From: Candidatus Nanosynbacter lyticus
GTDB taxonomy: Bacteria; Patescibacteriota; Saccharimonadia; Saccharimonadales; Saccharimonadaceae
DNA length: 32,000 nt
Direction of reading: 5' to 3'
Assembly: GCF_000803625.1 (NCBI RefSeq)
Contig: NZ_CP007496.1
Coordinates: 240,001 to 272,000 of the forward strand
The first letter of the stretch is position 1; each line of letters starts with the position of its first letter. This document shows positions 16,601-25,773 of this stretch, piece by piece. A model generated the notes under the pieces. That model was not told where the DNA came from and did no database searches. It was given only the letters and a program-made list of their open reading frames with translations. Both the position numbers and the translations under genes were made by a program.

Positions 16601-18043
16601 CTATTTTTGTAGATAATTATCAATTCTTTGCAGAGTTTTTTCCTGGCCAATTAGCGCCAGCGTGTCGTTTAGTTGTGGGCTAAACTGCGCCCAGGTAGTC
16701 ACGATTCGAACCAGACTAAAGAGAATACCGGGTTTTTGGCATGTCGTTTCCAGTAGTCCGTTTAGGCAATTTTGGATTGATTCTGGCGTCCAGTCGGTGA
16801 TTTTAGCGAGTTCTTGACGTGCTACTCTTAAAAGGTTCTGCCGTTCTTCTTCGGCTAATTTTCGGAGTTGCTTATTGTCGTTAATCAATTCTTCGTCAAT
16901 CTCGGGCTCGGTGAAGAAATAGTTGGTTAATTTTGGTAAATCTTGCAATGTTTTCAAACGGTCCTGCGCTAGAGCTAAAACTTGTTTTTTATACGATTCT
17001 TTAGCGTTGTTTGATTCTTCACCCCAGAAAGCTTCGCATCGATTATAAAGGTCGTCTAAGTCGAGTGAGCGAATCCATTGGCCGTTTAGCCAAATGAGCC
17101 GCTGCTCGTCAAACCGTGCGCCTGATTTTTGGACGCGGTCAAGTGAGAACTTTTCTATTAGTTCGGCTTTGCTGAAAATCTCTTGTTCAGTGCCGTCGTT
17201 CCAGCCGAGTTGCGCTAAGAAATTCAGCATCGCTTCTGGCAAAATTCCCTCTTTTTGGTACTCGGTGACACTTTTTGCGCCATCACGCTTGCCCAGCTTC
17301 TTATTGCCAGTTGGCGCCATGATGTGTGGCACGTGCGCCAGAATTGGCGGCTCGATTTTCAGGGCTTCATACAAAGATAAATATTTGGGCGTACTGGCAA
17401 TATATTCTGAGCCGCGAATGACATGGGTAATTTTCATCTCAAAATCGTCAATGATATGAGCAAAGTTATATGTCGGCAGCCCGTCCGCCTTAATCAGGAT
17501 AAAATCATCAAGCGCCTCTGGCCCAGCTGACAATTCACCCATGACGGCGTCTTGCCAAGAATATCGCTTAATCTCCGGAACCTTAAAACGGAGCGGCATA
17601 CCCAGCTGCCATTCTGGTGGATTTTCTGGCCGATGGTCGCGGTATAAGAAAGCTCGCTTCTCGGCCTTGGCTTGGTCGCGGAAGGCTTGAACTTGTTCTG
17701 GTGTGTACGGATCGGCGTAAGCTAAGCCTTCATCAATCATTTTCTTAGCCCACTTGAGGTAAATTTCCCGTCGGTCTGTTTGATGATATGGTCCGAAATT
17801 GCCAACCTCTTCTGTACTATCGAGATTTGGTCCTTCATCCCAATCTAGCCCCAGCCAATTTAGAGTTTTTAGAATCAACTCCTCCGCTCCGTCGACAAAT
17901 CTGGCTTGGTCGGTGTCTTCGATGCGTAGGATAAAATTACCCTGATGTTTCCGGGCGACAAGATAGGTGTATAGTGCAGTACGAACATTGCCGACGTGAA
18001 TATAGCCAGTCGGACTTGGCGCAAAACGAGTTCTAGTATTCAT
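16601..18043 (-). CDS. gltX: Glutamate--tRNA ligase
   Basis: TRFAPSPTGYIHVGNVRTALY, DEGPNLDS, KLGKRDGAKSVTEY (KMSKR-like). Confidence 0.98.
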   Translation of the reverse strand: MNTRTRFAPSPTGYIHVGNVRTALYTYLVARKHQGNFILRIEDTDQARFVDGAEELILKTLNWLGLDWDEGPNLDSTEEVGNFGPYHQTDRREIYLKWAKKMIDEGLAYADPYTPEQVQAFRDQAKAEKRAFLYRDHRPENPPEWQLGMPLRFKVPEIKRYSWQDAVMGELSAGPEALDDFILIKADGLPTYNFAHIIDDFEMKITHVIRGSEYIASTPKYLSLYEALKIEPPILAHVPHIMAPTGNKKLGKRDGAKSVTEYQKEGILPEAMLNFLAQLGWNDGTEQEIFSKAELIEKFSLDRVQKSGARFDEQRLIWLNGQWIRSLDLDDLYNRCEAFWGEESNNAKESYKKQVLALAQDRLKTLQDLPKLTNYFFTEPEIDEELINDNKQLRKLAEEERQNLLRVARQELAKITDWTPESIQNCLNGLLETTCQKPGILFSLVRIVTTWAQFSPQLNDTLALIGQEKTLQRIDNYLQK

Positions 18044-18072
18044 GAATAAATTATATCACGTTAACTAATATG

Positions 18073-19089
18073 CTACAGACTGGTTGCAATTTTCTGGATT
18101 TGATCGTTAGAGAGATTAGCATCGCCGCTAATCTGGTATAAAATTCCGCCGTTCACCCAAGCGGCTTCTTTACCGCCGCTGTAAATTGTTAGCCCATCAA
18201 TCATCGTAGTATTTGGTGATTTATATTTTTCGGAGAAGAATTCCTTGACGGCTGATGAGTTCCAGCTGCTTTTTTGTTGGGTTATAGTGTAAGCTGAGCT
18301 GCCGTCAGCATAGGCATAGCGCATGCTGACTTCGCCTGATTTGAATTTAATTGGACCGTTTAGTGCATAGCCGTCTGGTTTGTAACCTGGATATTTGGCG
18401 TCAATTCCTGACTGAATTGCCGCCATCCTTATGGAAATGTTTGGCATACTTAGATATGTCAAATAGCCGCCAAGTAGCATTACCGCAAGACCAACAGAAA
18501 AGGTATTCAACCAGCGTAGTGCGCTGCCTTTTTTCTGGCGTCGTCGAGCTTTTTTATTGCTAGTAATTTCATTTGATAAGGCTTTTTCGATAGCCTCATT
18601 TTTTAATTCTTTAGCGGTTTTTATGGCTGGCTTTTCGACTTTTTTCGGGGCAACTAGTGGATTATTATTGGTATCTAGCGGTCGACGCTCTTTTCGTAGT
18701 TTGCCATTAACGCTAAGATTTCTGTTTTGGGCACGACGAATGACAGGATGAGCTTCAGCTGGGCGATTAACGACAATTCTCTCTGGGGTTGGCTTGCTGA
18801 CTGTTGGCGTAGCAAATTTCTTTACGGCAACATGTTGCTGTACAGAAGCACGGGTCTTCTGGGGTTTGGCAGCTAGTGCTGTACGTTGCGGCATCTTAAC
18901 ATGTCGACGATTTAAAGTACTCGATTTTTGAATGTGATTAGCATGGATGTTTGATACTGCGGTACCGCGGTTGTTGATTGGCTGCACTTTTTTTACTTCA
19001 GTTTTCTTTACATCAATGTCATCCATCACCATGCCAGTTATGGTGTTGTAGGCTCGCCCATTGATGACTACATAATTTTTACTCGTCAT
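18073..19089 (-). CDS. Hypothetical single-TM protein with a basic N-terminal region
   Basis: Strong Shine-Dalgarno (AGGGGGA), Lys/Arg/Ala-rich cytoplasmic region, TM at ALRWLNTFSVGLAVMLLGGYLTYL, extracellular C-terminal domain. Confidence 0.7.
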   Translation of the reverse strand: MTSKNYVVINGRAYNTITGMVMDDIDVKKTEVKKVQPINNRGTAVSNIHANHIQKSSTLNRRHVKMPQRTALAAKPQKTRASVQQHVAVKKFATPTVSKPTPERIVVNRPAEAHPVIRRAQNRNLSVNGKLRKERRPLDTNNNPLVAPKKVEKPAIKTAKELKNEAIEKALSNEITSNKKARRRQKKGSALRWLNTFSVGLAVMLLGGYLTYLSMPNISIRMAAIQSGIDAKYPGYKPDGYALNGPIKFKSGEVSMRYAYADGSSAYTITQQKSSWNSSAVKEFFSEKYKSPNTTMIDGLTIYSGGKEAAWVNGGILYQISGDANLSNDQIQKIATSL

Positions 19090-19177
19090 TAATCCCCCTA
19101 ATGTTTATTCCTGTATATATAGTACAAATCGCCTACGGTTTTTTCAAGTATGCAAATATGTTATAATTTCCGTAATT

Positions 19178-20674
19178 ATGTATCGACAAAGAAATCGTAC
19201 TAAGGAACTCGCAAGGCGAGCCTTTGTGTACACGTTAATGACATTATCGCTTATTACTCTTCTGGTATTTTTAACTTTTAGAATGCTTGGCTATACATTT
19301 AATCCTAATACAAAAGAATTACAGCAAACGGGACTAGTCCAATACGAGTCTCATCCAAGCGGAGCGTTGGTCTATGTTGATGATATGGAGTTACGTAGGA
19401 CCTCAACAAAGAGTACTGTGCTTCCAGGAAAGCATACATTTGCAATGAAGTTAAATGAATACGAGCCATGGCAGAAGACGCTGGATATTAAATCTGATAC
19501 CGTAACCAATCTGAATTATGCCAGGCTTATTCCGATAAAACGCGAGACTACAGAGGTAAAAACGTTTGATTCGGTGCAGACCATCTCATTATCGCCGAAC
19601 GGTGGTTTTTTGATGGGCTTTGGCACAAAGGATAAAACTCCATTCATGACTGTCGGTGATATCCGCGACACCAATAAGGGCAAAGAGAAATTTACGGAAT
19701 ATAATCTCAGTATAAGTATCTTGGCTGGCTATTCCCTGTCTGCTGATGGTCACGTATTTTCGGTGGCGGAATGGGACCGCGACTCGCGATACGTTTTAGT
19801 CAAGCACTCATATCCAGCAGAAAATAATGCCACGGGCGTGCAGTGGCTGGTTTTTGACAGAGAAAATCCGGAGAAGATTATCGACGTAACGACTATGACG
19901 GGCTTAAGCGTGAAGCAAATTAGTTTCGCAGGAACTGGCGCTCACTCGGTATATATTTTGCAGGAGAGCGGTGAGCTTCGTCGAGTTGATCTGGATAGCT
20001 CGACGATTTCTAGTCCAATTTTAACTGGCGTAGAATCATTTAAGCTATATGGCGACGACCGGCTATCTTACGTGTCGATTATTGACGGCAAAAAAGTCGC
20101 GGGTATTTGGAAGCGGGATTGGAAAGAGCCGTTCGTTATCGGTAAATTCACCACAGATAAGACGCCAATTATTCGGACCTCTCGCTATTTTAATAAAGAC
20201 ACTGTAGTTTTAGCGGTTGGTCAGGATATGACAATTTATAGAGGAAATATATCAGATTCTAAGGACCGACAGAAAGAATTTTTACAGACTGCAAAAAACA
20301 TTAAGACTGAAAACGCAACGACAAGTATGACCCTGGATAATGCCGGGCGGTTTATAGTGGCACAAAAAGGTGCAGCGTTACAATCATACGATTTAGAGCG
20401 CAAAGAGTTGTCTCGGGTGTTTAATATTGGTGTTGCGCAAGAGGTGAAATGGCTTGATAATTTCTATATCCGTAGTGTATCGGCTAATGGAAAGATGGAG
20501 GTTCGTGAATTTGACGGCACTAACGCACATACTTTGCTGGACGTAAAAAGCGGCATGGATTCGGTTTTATCAGCTAACCAGCGTTATGTCTATGGAGTTA
20601 CAGTTAACGCGTCTGGAAAATTTGTCCTGAATAAAATGAACATGGACAATGGCTCAATAGGATTATTTAACTAA
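19178..20674 (+). CDS. PEGA-domain membrane-anchored protein
   Basis: N-terminal TM, then GLVQYESHPSGALVYVDDMELRRTSTKSTVLPGKHTFAMKLNEYEPWQKTL (PEGA-type), followed by beta-propeller-like repeats. Confidence 0.8.
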   Translation: MYRQRNRTKELARRAFVYTLMTLSLITLLVFLTFRMLGYTFNPNTKELQQTGLVQYESHPSGALVYVDDMELRRTSTKSTVLPGKHTFAMKLNEYEPWQKTLDIKSDTVTNLNYARLIPIKRETTEVKTFDSVQTISLSPNGGFLMGFGTKDKTPFMTVGDIRDTNKGKEKFTEYNLSISILAGYSLSADGHVFSVAEWDRDSRYVLVKHSYPAENNATGVQWLVFDRENPEKIIDVTTMTGLSVKQISFAGTGAHSVYILQESGELRRVDLDSSTISSPILTGVESFKLYGDDRLSYVSIIDGKKVAGIWKRDWKEPFVIGKFTTDKTPIIRTSRYFNKDTVVLAVGQDMTIYRGNISDSKDRQKEFLQTAKNIKTENATTSMTLDNAGRFIVAQKGAALQSYDLERKELSRVFNIGVAQEVKWLDNFYIRSVSANGKMEVREFDGTNAHTLLDVKSGMDSVLSANQRYVYGVTVNASGKFVLNKMNMDNGSIGLFN

Positions 20675-20682
20675 CAATTAGT

Positions 20683-22056
20683 TTACCTACCGAATAATCT
20701 CTCTATAAGTGTTGGCTCGGGTTTTCCTGGGATGGCAGATTTGTTATTCTGCGGCTGACTTGTGCTAGGTTCAGTTGTTGCGGTGGCTTTATTTGGGTCG
20801 GGGCTGATCTGTTCAGCGAAAATCAATAAGCGCTTCTCTGCCGTACCTAAAGGAACACAGCTAACTAGTGTCAACATTGGCTTATCTGTAGTTAGCTGAA
20901 CCTTTGAGACTTCGTTTGGCATGACGACCTCGGTGGAGGTGATTTTATAAGTGTAGCGCTTACTGTTGTAATTCATATAGATGATGTCGCCCTTGACTAG
21001 TTTTTCATTCTGGGCAAACACAAACTTATAGTCGCCTGCAGCAAAGGCATCATTACTGGAGTGTGCAGCAAAAACCGCGTTGCCTACCTGGCCTGGCACG
21101 GCGCTGGCTCCAGGAATTGAGAAGTGGGCGACTCCTCGCCTCATGGCTTCTGACTGAGATTTTGTGTCGCTAGCAGCCCCATAAACCACTGGAGCATCAA
21201 CATTGATTTTAGGAATAATAATCCGAGATTCAGAGCTAACCGTAACATCTGTGGACGCGTCAACAATAATATTCTGAGGATCAATTGCGCCAGGGGTGGT
21301 GTAGGCGGCTACTGCCCCAAAAATGATGCGATTATATTGTAAAAACATGAAGATTAGTAGTACTGACAGGCCAGCAATCGCCGGGATAAAATGGCGAGAT
21401 TTTTTGACCTTCTTGGCGGAATCTCGAACTTTTTGTTGAATTTGACTACGAAGCTCTTTTATGGCGACCTTTTGTGGGTCTAGGGGCTCGTCGGCGTCTG
21501 AATTTGCATGCCTATTCTCCCTATTTAGCCTAGATATCTCACGGTTTTTTGCATTAATATTTTCAGCATAATAACGCTCGTAGTACATTTGGTAGTATTT
21601 TTGCCAAGCACTATGATACTGCTTCCATTGGTCGGCTGAAACTTGGGTGTGGATAGTCGAAGTTTTATTCTGGACTGGGCTTATTACGGTGTCTGATTTT
21701 TTTTCTGGCTGGTCTGTTGGTGTCTCCTGGGTGATTGGTGCTGTTCGCATAGCGTGGCCGGAGCTAGCTTTTTGGTCGGAATTTGATTGAACTTGAGGCG
21801 TCTGCTGCGAGCTAATATATTGAGGTCGAGTTTCATTGGTTGGATTGCCATTCGGTTTAGTTTGAGGTTGTGGCTGCTGGGGAGTGGCTTGATAATCTTC
21901 TGATCGAGCATAGATAGCGTCAAGCTGTCCACGAATAACATCAGCAGCGGCGCTCTGCGAAGCTGCTGGATCACGAGCTGGCGGCGCAAGAGGTCGGCGC
22001 TGATCTGATTGCGGCATGCCCACTCGACCGTTTGATTGATCATCCGTCGGATACAT
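20683..22056 (-). CDS. Sortase family transpeptidase with a long Gln/Ser/Pro-rich N-terminal region
   Basis: TM (FIPAIAGLSVLLIFMFLQY), IIIPKINVDAPVVYG, NAVFAAHSS, MLTLVSCVPLGTAEKRLLIFAEQ (catalytic H, C, R). Confidence 0.88.
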   Translation of the reverse strand: MYPTDDQSNGRVGMPQSDQRRPLAPPARDPAASQSAAADVIRGQLDAIYARSEDYQATPQQPQPQTKPNGNPTNETRPQYISSQQTPQVQSNSDQKASSGHAMRTAPITQETPTDQPEKKSDTVISPVQNKTSTIHTQVSADQWKQYHSAWQKYYQMYYERYYAENINAKNREISRLNRENRHANSDADEPLDPQKVAIKELRSQIQQKVRDSAKKVKKSRHFIPAIAGLSVLLIFMFLQYNRIIFGAVAAYTTPGAIDPQNIIVDASTDVTVSSESRIIIPKINVDAPVVYGAASDTKSQSEAMRRGVAHFSIPGASAVPGQVGNAVFAAHSSNDAFAAGDYKFVFAQNEKLVKGDIIYMNYNSKRYTYKITSTEVVMPNEVSKVQLTTDKPMLTLVSCVPLGTAEKRLLIFAEQISPDPNKATATTEPSTSQPQNNKSAIPGKPEPTLIERLFGR

Positions 22057-22159
22057 AACTTACCTTATTATACGGTAAATCAGCGGTAAATAAAAGTCGT
22101 GCTTGTGAGCGGGGGTCTATTATGTTACAATCGTACGGTAGTTTGAAGCGTTCTCTTGT

Positions 22160-22246
22160 GCCGCGGTGGCGGAATTGGTAGACGCGCTAGACTCAAAATC
22201 TGGTGAGCAATAGCTCGTGCCGGTTCAAGTCCGGCCCGCGGTACCA
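22160..22246 (+). tRNA. tRNA-Leu (anticodon CAA), CCA encoded
   Basis: GCCGCGG acceptor arm, CTAGA-CTCAAAA-TCTGG anticodon arm, variable arm, CCGG-TTCAAGT-CCGG T arm, CCGCGGT-A-CCA. Confidence 0.95.
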
Positions 22247-22264
22247 GAGATGGCTTCAGGCTTA

Positions 22265-22291
22265 ATCGTCCAACTTTTGGGCGATTTTTTA
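22265..22291 (+). terminator. Rho-independent terminator after tRNA-Leu
   Basis: ATCGTCC-AACTTTT-GGGCGAT followed by a T run. Confidence 0.6.
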
Positions 22292-23077
22292 TGAAGAAAT
22301 AGCAGTACTAATGGCTGCTAGCGGCGCTTTCGGCGACCAAATCAAGTAGCTAGCGGCGCGAGCGCCGACGGTTCCTCGCCAAATTGCCATTGGTGCGTCC
22401 CATTTTTGGGTGACGACTTCTCCGCTGTGAGCGATTATTAAATTGTCGGCATGAAAAACGCAAATTGTTACGGGATATGTAATGGTAAATTTGTGAAGTG
22501 TCTCAACAAGTTGCGCCAGCTGAATGCTAAAAGTAATCATCTTTGGGTAATAAATGGCGCGGAATATTTTCTGAACTTGCGCCAGACTTGCCACAAAAAC
22601 CACGCGCGGATTATCTAAGATCTCCTGGAGGCCGTTCTGGACCAGGTCAATCGCATCTCTTGTTAATACTACTGGGATTTCTGACTTTTTTATCAATTCT
22701 TCATAGACAATTGACGTTTGGCTGTTGCGTCCAGCATCGCCGCAGAGTAGTAACACGTCCGCCCATTTTTCTAAGGCTAGAGCTTCACTTAGGGCTTCGT
22801 TGGATAGGCTGCCTGATTGGTTGGTTGGTGCAAATAATACGTCGGTCATTACAGCGGGAACGCTTTTTTTCAATATGTCAGGCAGTAATACGCGAGCTTC
22901 ACCGACGCCGGCTTTAAGAGCTTCTTGATAACTTTCCGCGACCGCTAAAAATCCCAATTTATTGCCGCCAATAATCCCCAGCTTCCCTGCTTGATCGCGC
23001 CGCTCTGGCTTATTCCATTCAACATCAGGAAAAAGCGGTTTGCCTTGTTCTTGTCTGTGCCAAAATTTCATGTCCAT
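22289..23077 (-). CDS. Ribokinase-fold / NAD(P)H-hydrate dehydratase (CARKD)-like protein
   Basis: KLGIIGGNKLGFLAVAESYQEALKAGVGEARVLLPD, ADVLLLCGDAGRNSQTS, PVVLTRDAIDL. Divergent relative to canonical NnrD. Confidence 0.6.
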   Translation of the reverse strand: MDMKFWHRQEQGKPLFPDVEWNKPERRDQAGKLGIIGGNKLGFLAVAESYQEALKAGVGEARVLLPDILKKSVPAVMTDVLFAPTNQSGSLSNEALSEALALEKWADVLLLCGDAGRNSQTSIVYEELIKKSEIPVVLTRDAIDLVQNGLQEILDNPRVVFVASLAQVQKIFRAIYYPKMITFSIQLAQLVETLHKFTITYPVTICVFHADNLIIAHSGEVVTQKWDAPMAIWRGTVGARAASYLIWSPKAPLAAISTAISS

Positions 23078-23878
23078 TTACAAATCCACCTCAATACTCA
23101 CCGGACAGTGATCGCTGCCCATTTGTTCGGGGTGAATTTGTGGATTAGTGACGTGATTTGCAATTTCACGTGATGCCAACCAATAGTCAATCCGCCAACC
23201 GACATTGCGTGCCCTAGCATTAGCCCAATGTGTCCACCAAGTATAAGCACCGGTTTTTTCGGGAAAAACTGCCCGGAACGTATCAATAAAGCCAGCGTCC
23301 AAATAATTCTGAAAGCCTTCGCGCTCTTCGTCGGTGAAGCCGTGTTTGCCAACATTAGGTTTGGGATTTGCTAAGTCAATTTCTTTATGCGCCACGTTCA
23401 TATCTCCGCAGTATAGTACCGGCTTTGACAGTTCCAATTCCTGCAGATAAGCCAATACTGCCTTATCCCATTTTTCATGGCGTAAGCCCAGTCGACTCAA
23501 GTCTCCTTTGGAGTTTGGTGTGTAGCAAGTAACCACCCAAAAACTATCAAACTCAGCCGCGATAATCCGCCCTTCGTCAGCTGGATCGCCATATTTATCG
23601 CCAATTAAATTGAATCTTTCAATTATATTTTGCGGAAATCCATCATGCCAATTCAGCGGTGGGATTTTTGAGAAAATTGCCGTACCAGAATAGCCTTTTT
23701 TAGCGGCAGAGTAGAAATGCTCGTGATAATCTGGAAGGTCGATTTCAACTTGGTCTCGTGCAGCCTTGGTTTCTTGTAGACATAAAATATCCGGATTGTA
23801 CTTATTGATGAATTGCGCAAATTCGCCCTTGTTGATGACTGCGCGAATACCGTTTACGTTCCAGGAGAATAGTTTCAT
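23078..23878 (-). CDS. xth: Exodeoxyribonuclease III / AP endonuclease family
   Basis: KLFSWNVNGIRAVINKG, DILCLQETKA, YCGDMNVAHKEIDLANPK, WWTHWANARARNVGWRIDYWL, MGSDHCPVSIEV. Confidence 0.95.
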   Translation of the reverse strand: MKLFSWNVNGIRAVINKGEFAQFINKYNPDILCLQETKAARDQVEIDLPDYHEHFYSAAKKGYSGTAIFSKIPPLNWHDGFPQNIIERFNLIGDKYGDPADEGRIIAAEFDSFWVVTCYTPNSKGDLSRLGLRHEKWDKAVLAYLQELELSKPVLYCGDMNVAHKEIDLANPKPNVGKHGFTDEEREGFQNYLDAGFIDTFRAVFPEKTGAYTWWTHWANARARNVGWRIDYWLASREIANHVTNPQIHPEQMGSDHCPVSIEVDL

Positions 23879-23908
23879 ATGATTATTATAGCGTGGTAAT
23901 ATAATTTA

Positions 23909-24715
23909 ATGAATATACCGCTGGTGTATAGTAAGTTTTTAAGTGAGATTTCTAGTGGTTTTATGGATGTTGGGGATATAAAGACTGCTTACTATTTTCA
24001 TCATAATAACTCAGATAAAACCATCCTGTTGATTCATGGCATTGGCGGAGACTTTCATGGAATGATTCCTCTGGCGTACTTCTTGAAAGATAGTGCGAAT
24101 ATTTTATTTGTTGACCTGCCCTCGCATGGCAATAGCCAATTGATTAAAAATACAGATGTTAGAAATATTGAAGATTGGGCGAAAGGCTTGATAGTGGCTT
24201 TTAGAAAAAAGAACTTACAAATTGATGTAGTGGTTACTCATTCATTGGGTTGTTTGGCGGCTCGTAAGGTGAATTGTTCCAATATTTGGTACGTCAACCC
24301 ACCGATTAAGGCTTCAGTTGCAGTGAAGATTTCTTCCGCGATCTTGTATCATATTCGTTGGATAAATCAGTATGTTTATTTAAACTATTATTTTTCAGTA
24401 TTGCGTGGTGTATGTTTGATGAGAGATAAACAAAAGAATACGATAAATCTAGTAAAATGGCTGACAAAAAATACCAACGTAACCTCACGACAATACCTGG
24501 AGCAAGCAGGAATAGCTCGAGATATTCCCATAAAAGAGAGGTCGGTTAATTCCGGGAAAGATTTTACGGGAATGATCGTGGGAAGATTTGATAAAATTAC
24601 CCGCCCCGTCCGACCGTCTGGGCTGAGAATTGATAAATTTGTTGAGCTTGAGACTGGTCATTTGTCGGTTTTGGACAGTCCAGAATTAATAGCGAAACTA
24701 ATATTGTCAGAATAA
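23909..24715 (+). CDS. Alpha/beta hydrolase
   Basis: ILLIHGIGGDFHGMIPLAYFL, FVDLPSHGNSQ, VVTHSLGCLAA nucleophile elbow. Confidence 0.85.
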   Translation: MNIPLVYSKFLSEISSGFMDVGDIKTAYYFHHNNSDKTILLIHGIGGDFHGMIPLAYFLKDSANILFVDLPSHGNSQLIKNTDVRNIEDWAKGLIVAFRKKNLQIDVVVTHSLGCLAARKVNCSNIWYVNPPIKASVAVKISSAILYHIRWINQYVYLNYYFSVLRGVCLMRDKQKNTINLVKWLTKNTNVTSRQYLEQAGIARDIPIKERSVNSGKDFTGMIVGRFDKITRPVRPSGLRIDKFVELETGHLSVLDSPELIAKLILSE

Positions 24716-24734
24716 ATTTTGCTATACTGTAGAT

Positions 24735-25757
24735 ATGAGTAAGAAGGCTGATAAGAAACTAATTGTTGATATGATTTCTGAAAGTGAGTTTACTGTTCAG
24801 GGTCACGGTGTGCATACGGCTTATAAAGAGATTACAGATGCACTGCGAAAAAGAAAAGATATTGATATTGAAGTAAACTCTAAGCGTCCATCTGACATTA
24901 TTCATATTCAGACTATGGGACTTTACTCTTTTCGTCATTTGATAAGGAAAGGTGGAAAAAAAGTAGTCTCTGCTCATATTGTGCCGGATAGTTTTATTGG
25001 TTCAATTAAGGGCGCCAAATATTGGAAACCTCTGGGTAGGATGTGGTTGAAATTTTTCTACAAGAAAGCGGATTTGGTTTTGGCCTGCTCTGGTATGGTT
25101 GCCGATGAGCTTATAAACGACATGAATGTCCCTAAAACTAAGGTTCTTTACAATACAATCGATATGTCGAGGTATAGGCATTCGGCTGCAGAAAAGAAGC
25201 TAGCCAGAAAGAAGCTTGACCTTAAGGATAATGATTTTGTAGTGATGGGAAATGGTCAGGTCCAGCCGCGAAAACGCCTCGACATTCTGATAAAAGCAGC
25301 TAAAAAAATGCCAGATGTAAAGTTTTTCTGGGTAGGAGGCATTCCATTTAAGAATCTAGGAGCAGACTATCATGCTATGCAAAATATGATAAAAAGTGCT
25401 CCTGACAACCTTACGGTGACTGGTGTTATTCCTCTGGAGGCTGTTAAAGATTATTATGTAGCTGCCGACTTGTTTGTCCTTCCTGCTATGCAAGAAAACC
25501 ATCCTATGTGTGTATTGGAGGCAGCAGGTGCTGGATTACCGATTATTTTACGAGATATTCCTCAGTACGATGATACGTTTAAGGGTGATGCCGTTATGGC
25601 AAAAACAGATGATGAGTTCTTGGATTTGATTGATTTACTTCGTAAAGATAAAAAGGCTTATAGTAAAGCGTGTCTTGGAGCTGGGAAAATTGCCAAAAGG
25701 TTTGACAGCAGTGCTGGTGCTGAACGGCTAGTCGAGTTTTATCGGTCTTTGATATAG
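24735..25757 (+). CDS. GT4-type glycosyltransferase
   Basis: Rossmann-like VMGNGQVQPRKRLDILIKAAKKMPDVKFFWVG, FVLPAMQENHPMCVLEAAGAGLPIILRD. Confidence 0.9.
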   Translation: MSKKADKKLIVDMISESEFTVQGHGVHTAYKEITDALRKRKDIDIEVNSKRPSDIIHIQTMGLYSFRHLIRKGGKKVVSAHIVPDSFIGSIKGAKYWKPLGRMWLKFFYKKADLVLACSGMVADELINDMNVPKTKVLYNTIDMSRYRHSAAEKKLARKKLDLKDNDFVVMGNGQVQPRKRLDILIKAAKKMPDVKFFWVGGIPFKNLGADYHAMQNMIKSAPDNLTVTGVIPLEAVKDYYVAADLFVLPAMQENHPMCVLEAAGAGLPIILRDIPQYDDTFKGDAVMAKTDDEFLDLIDLLRKDKKAYSKACLGAGKIAKRFDSSAGAERLVEFYRSLI

Positions 25758-25773
25758 ATGGTATAATGAGAAT

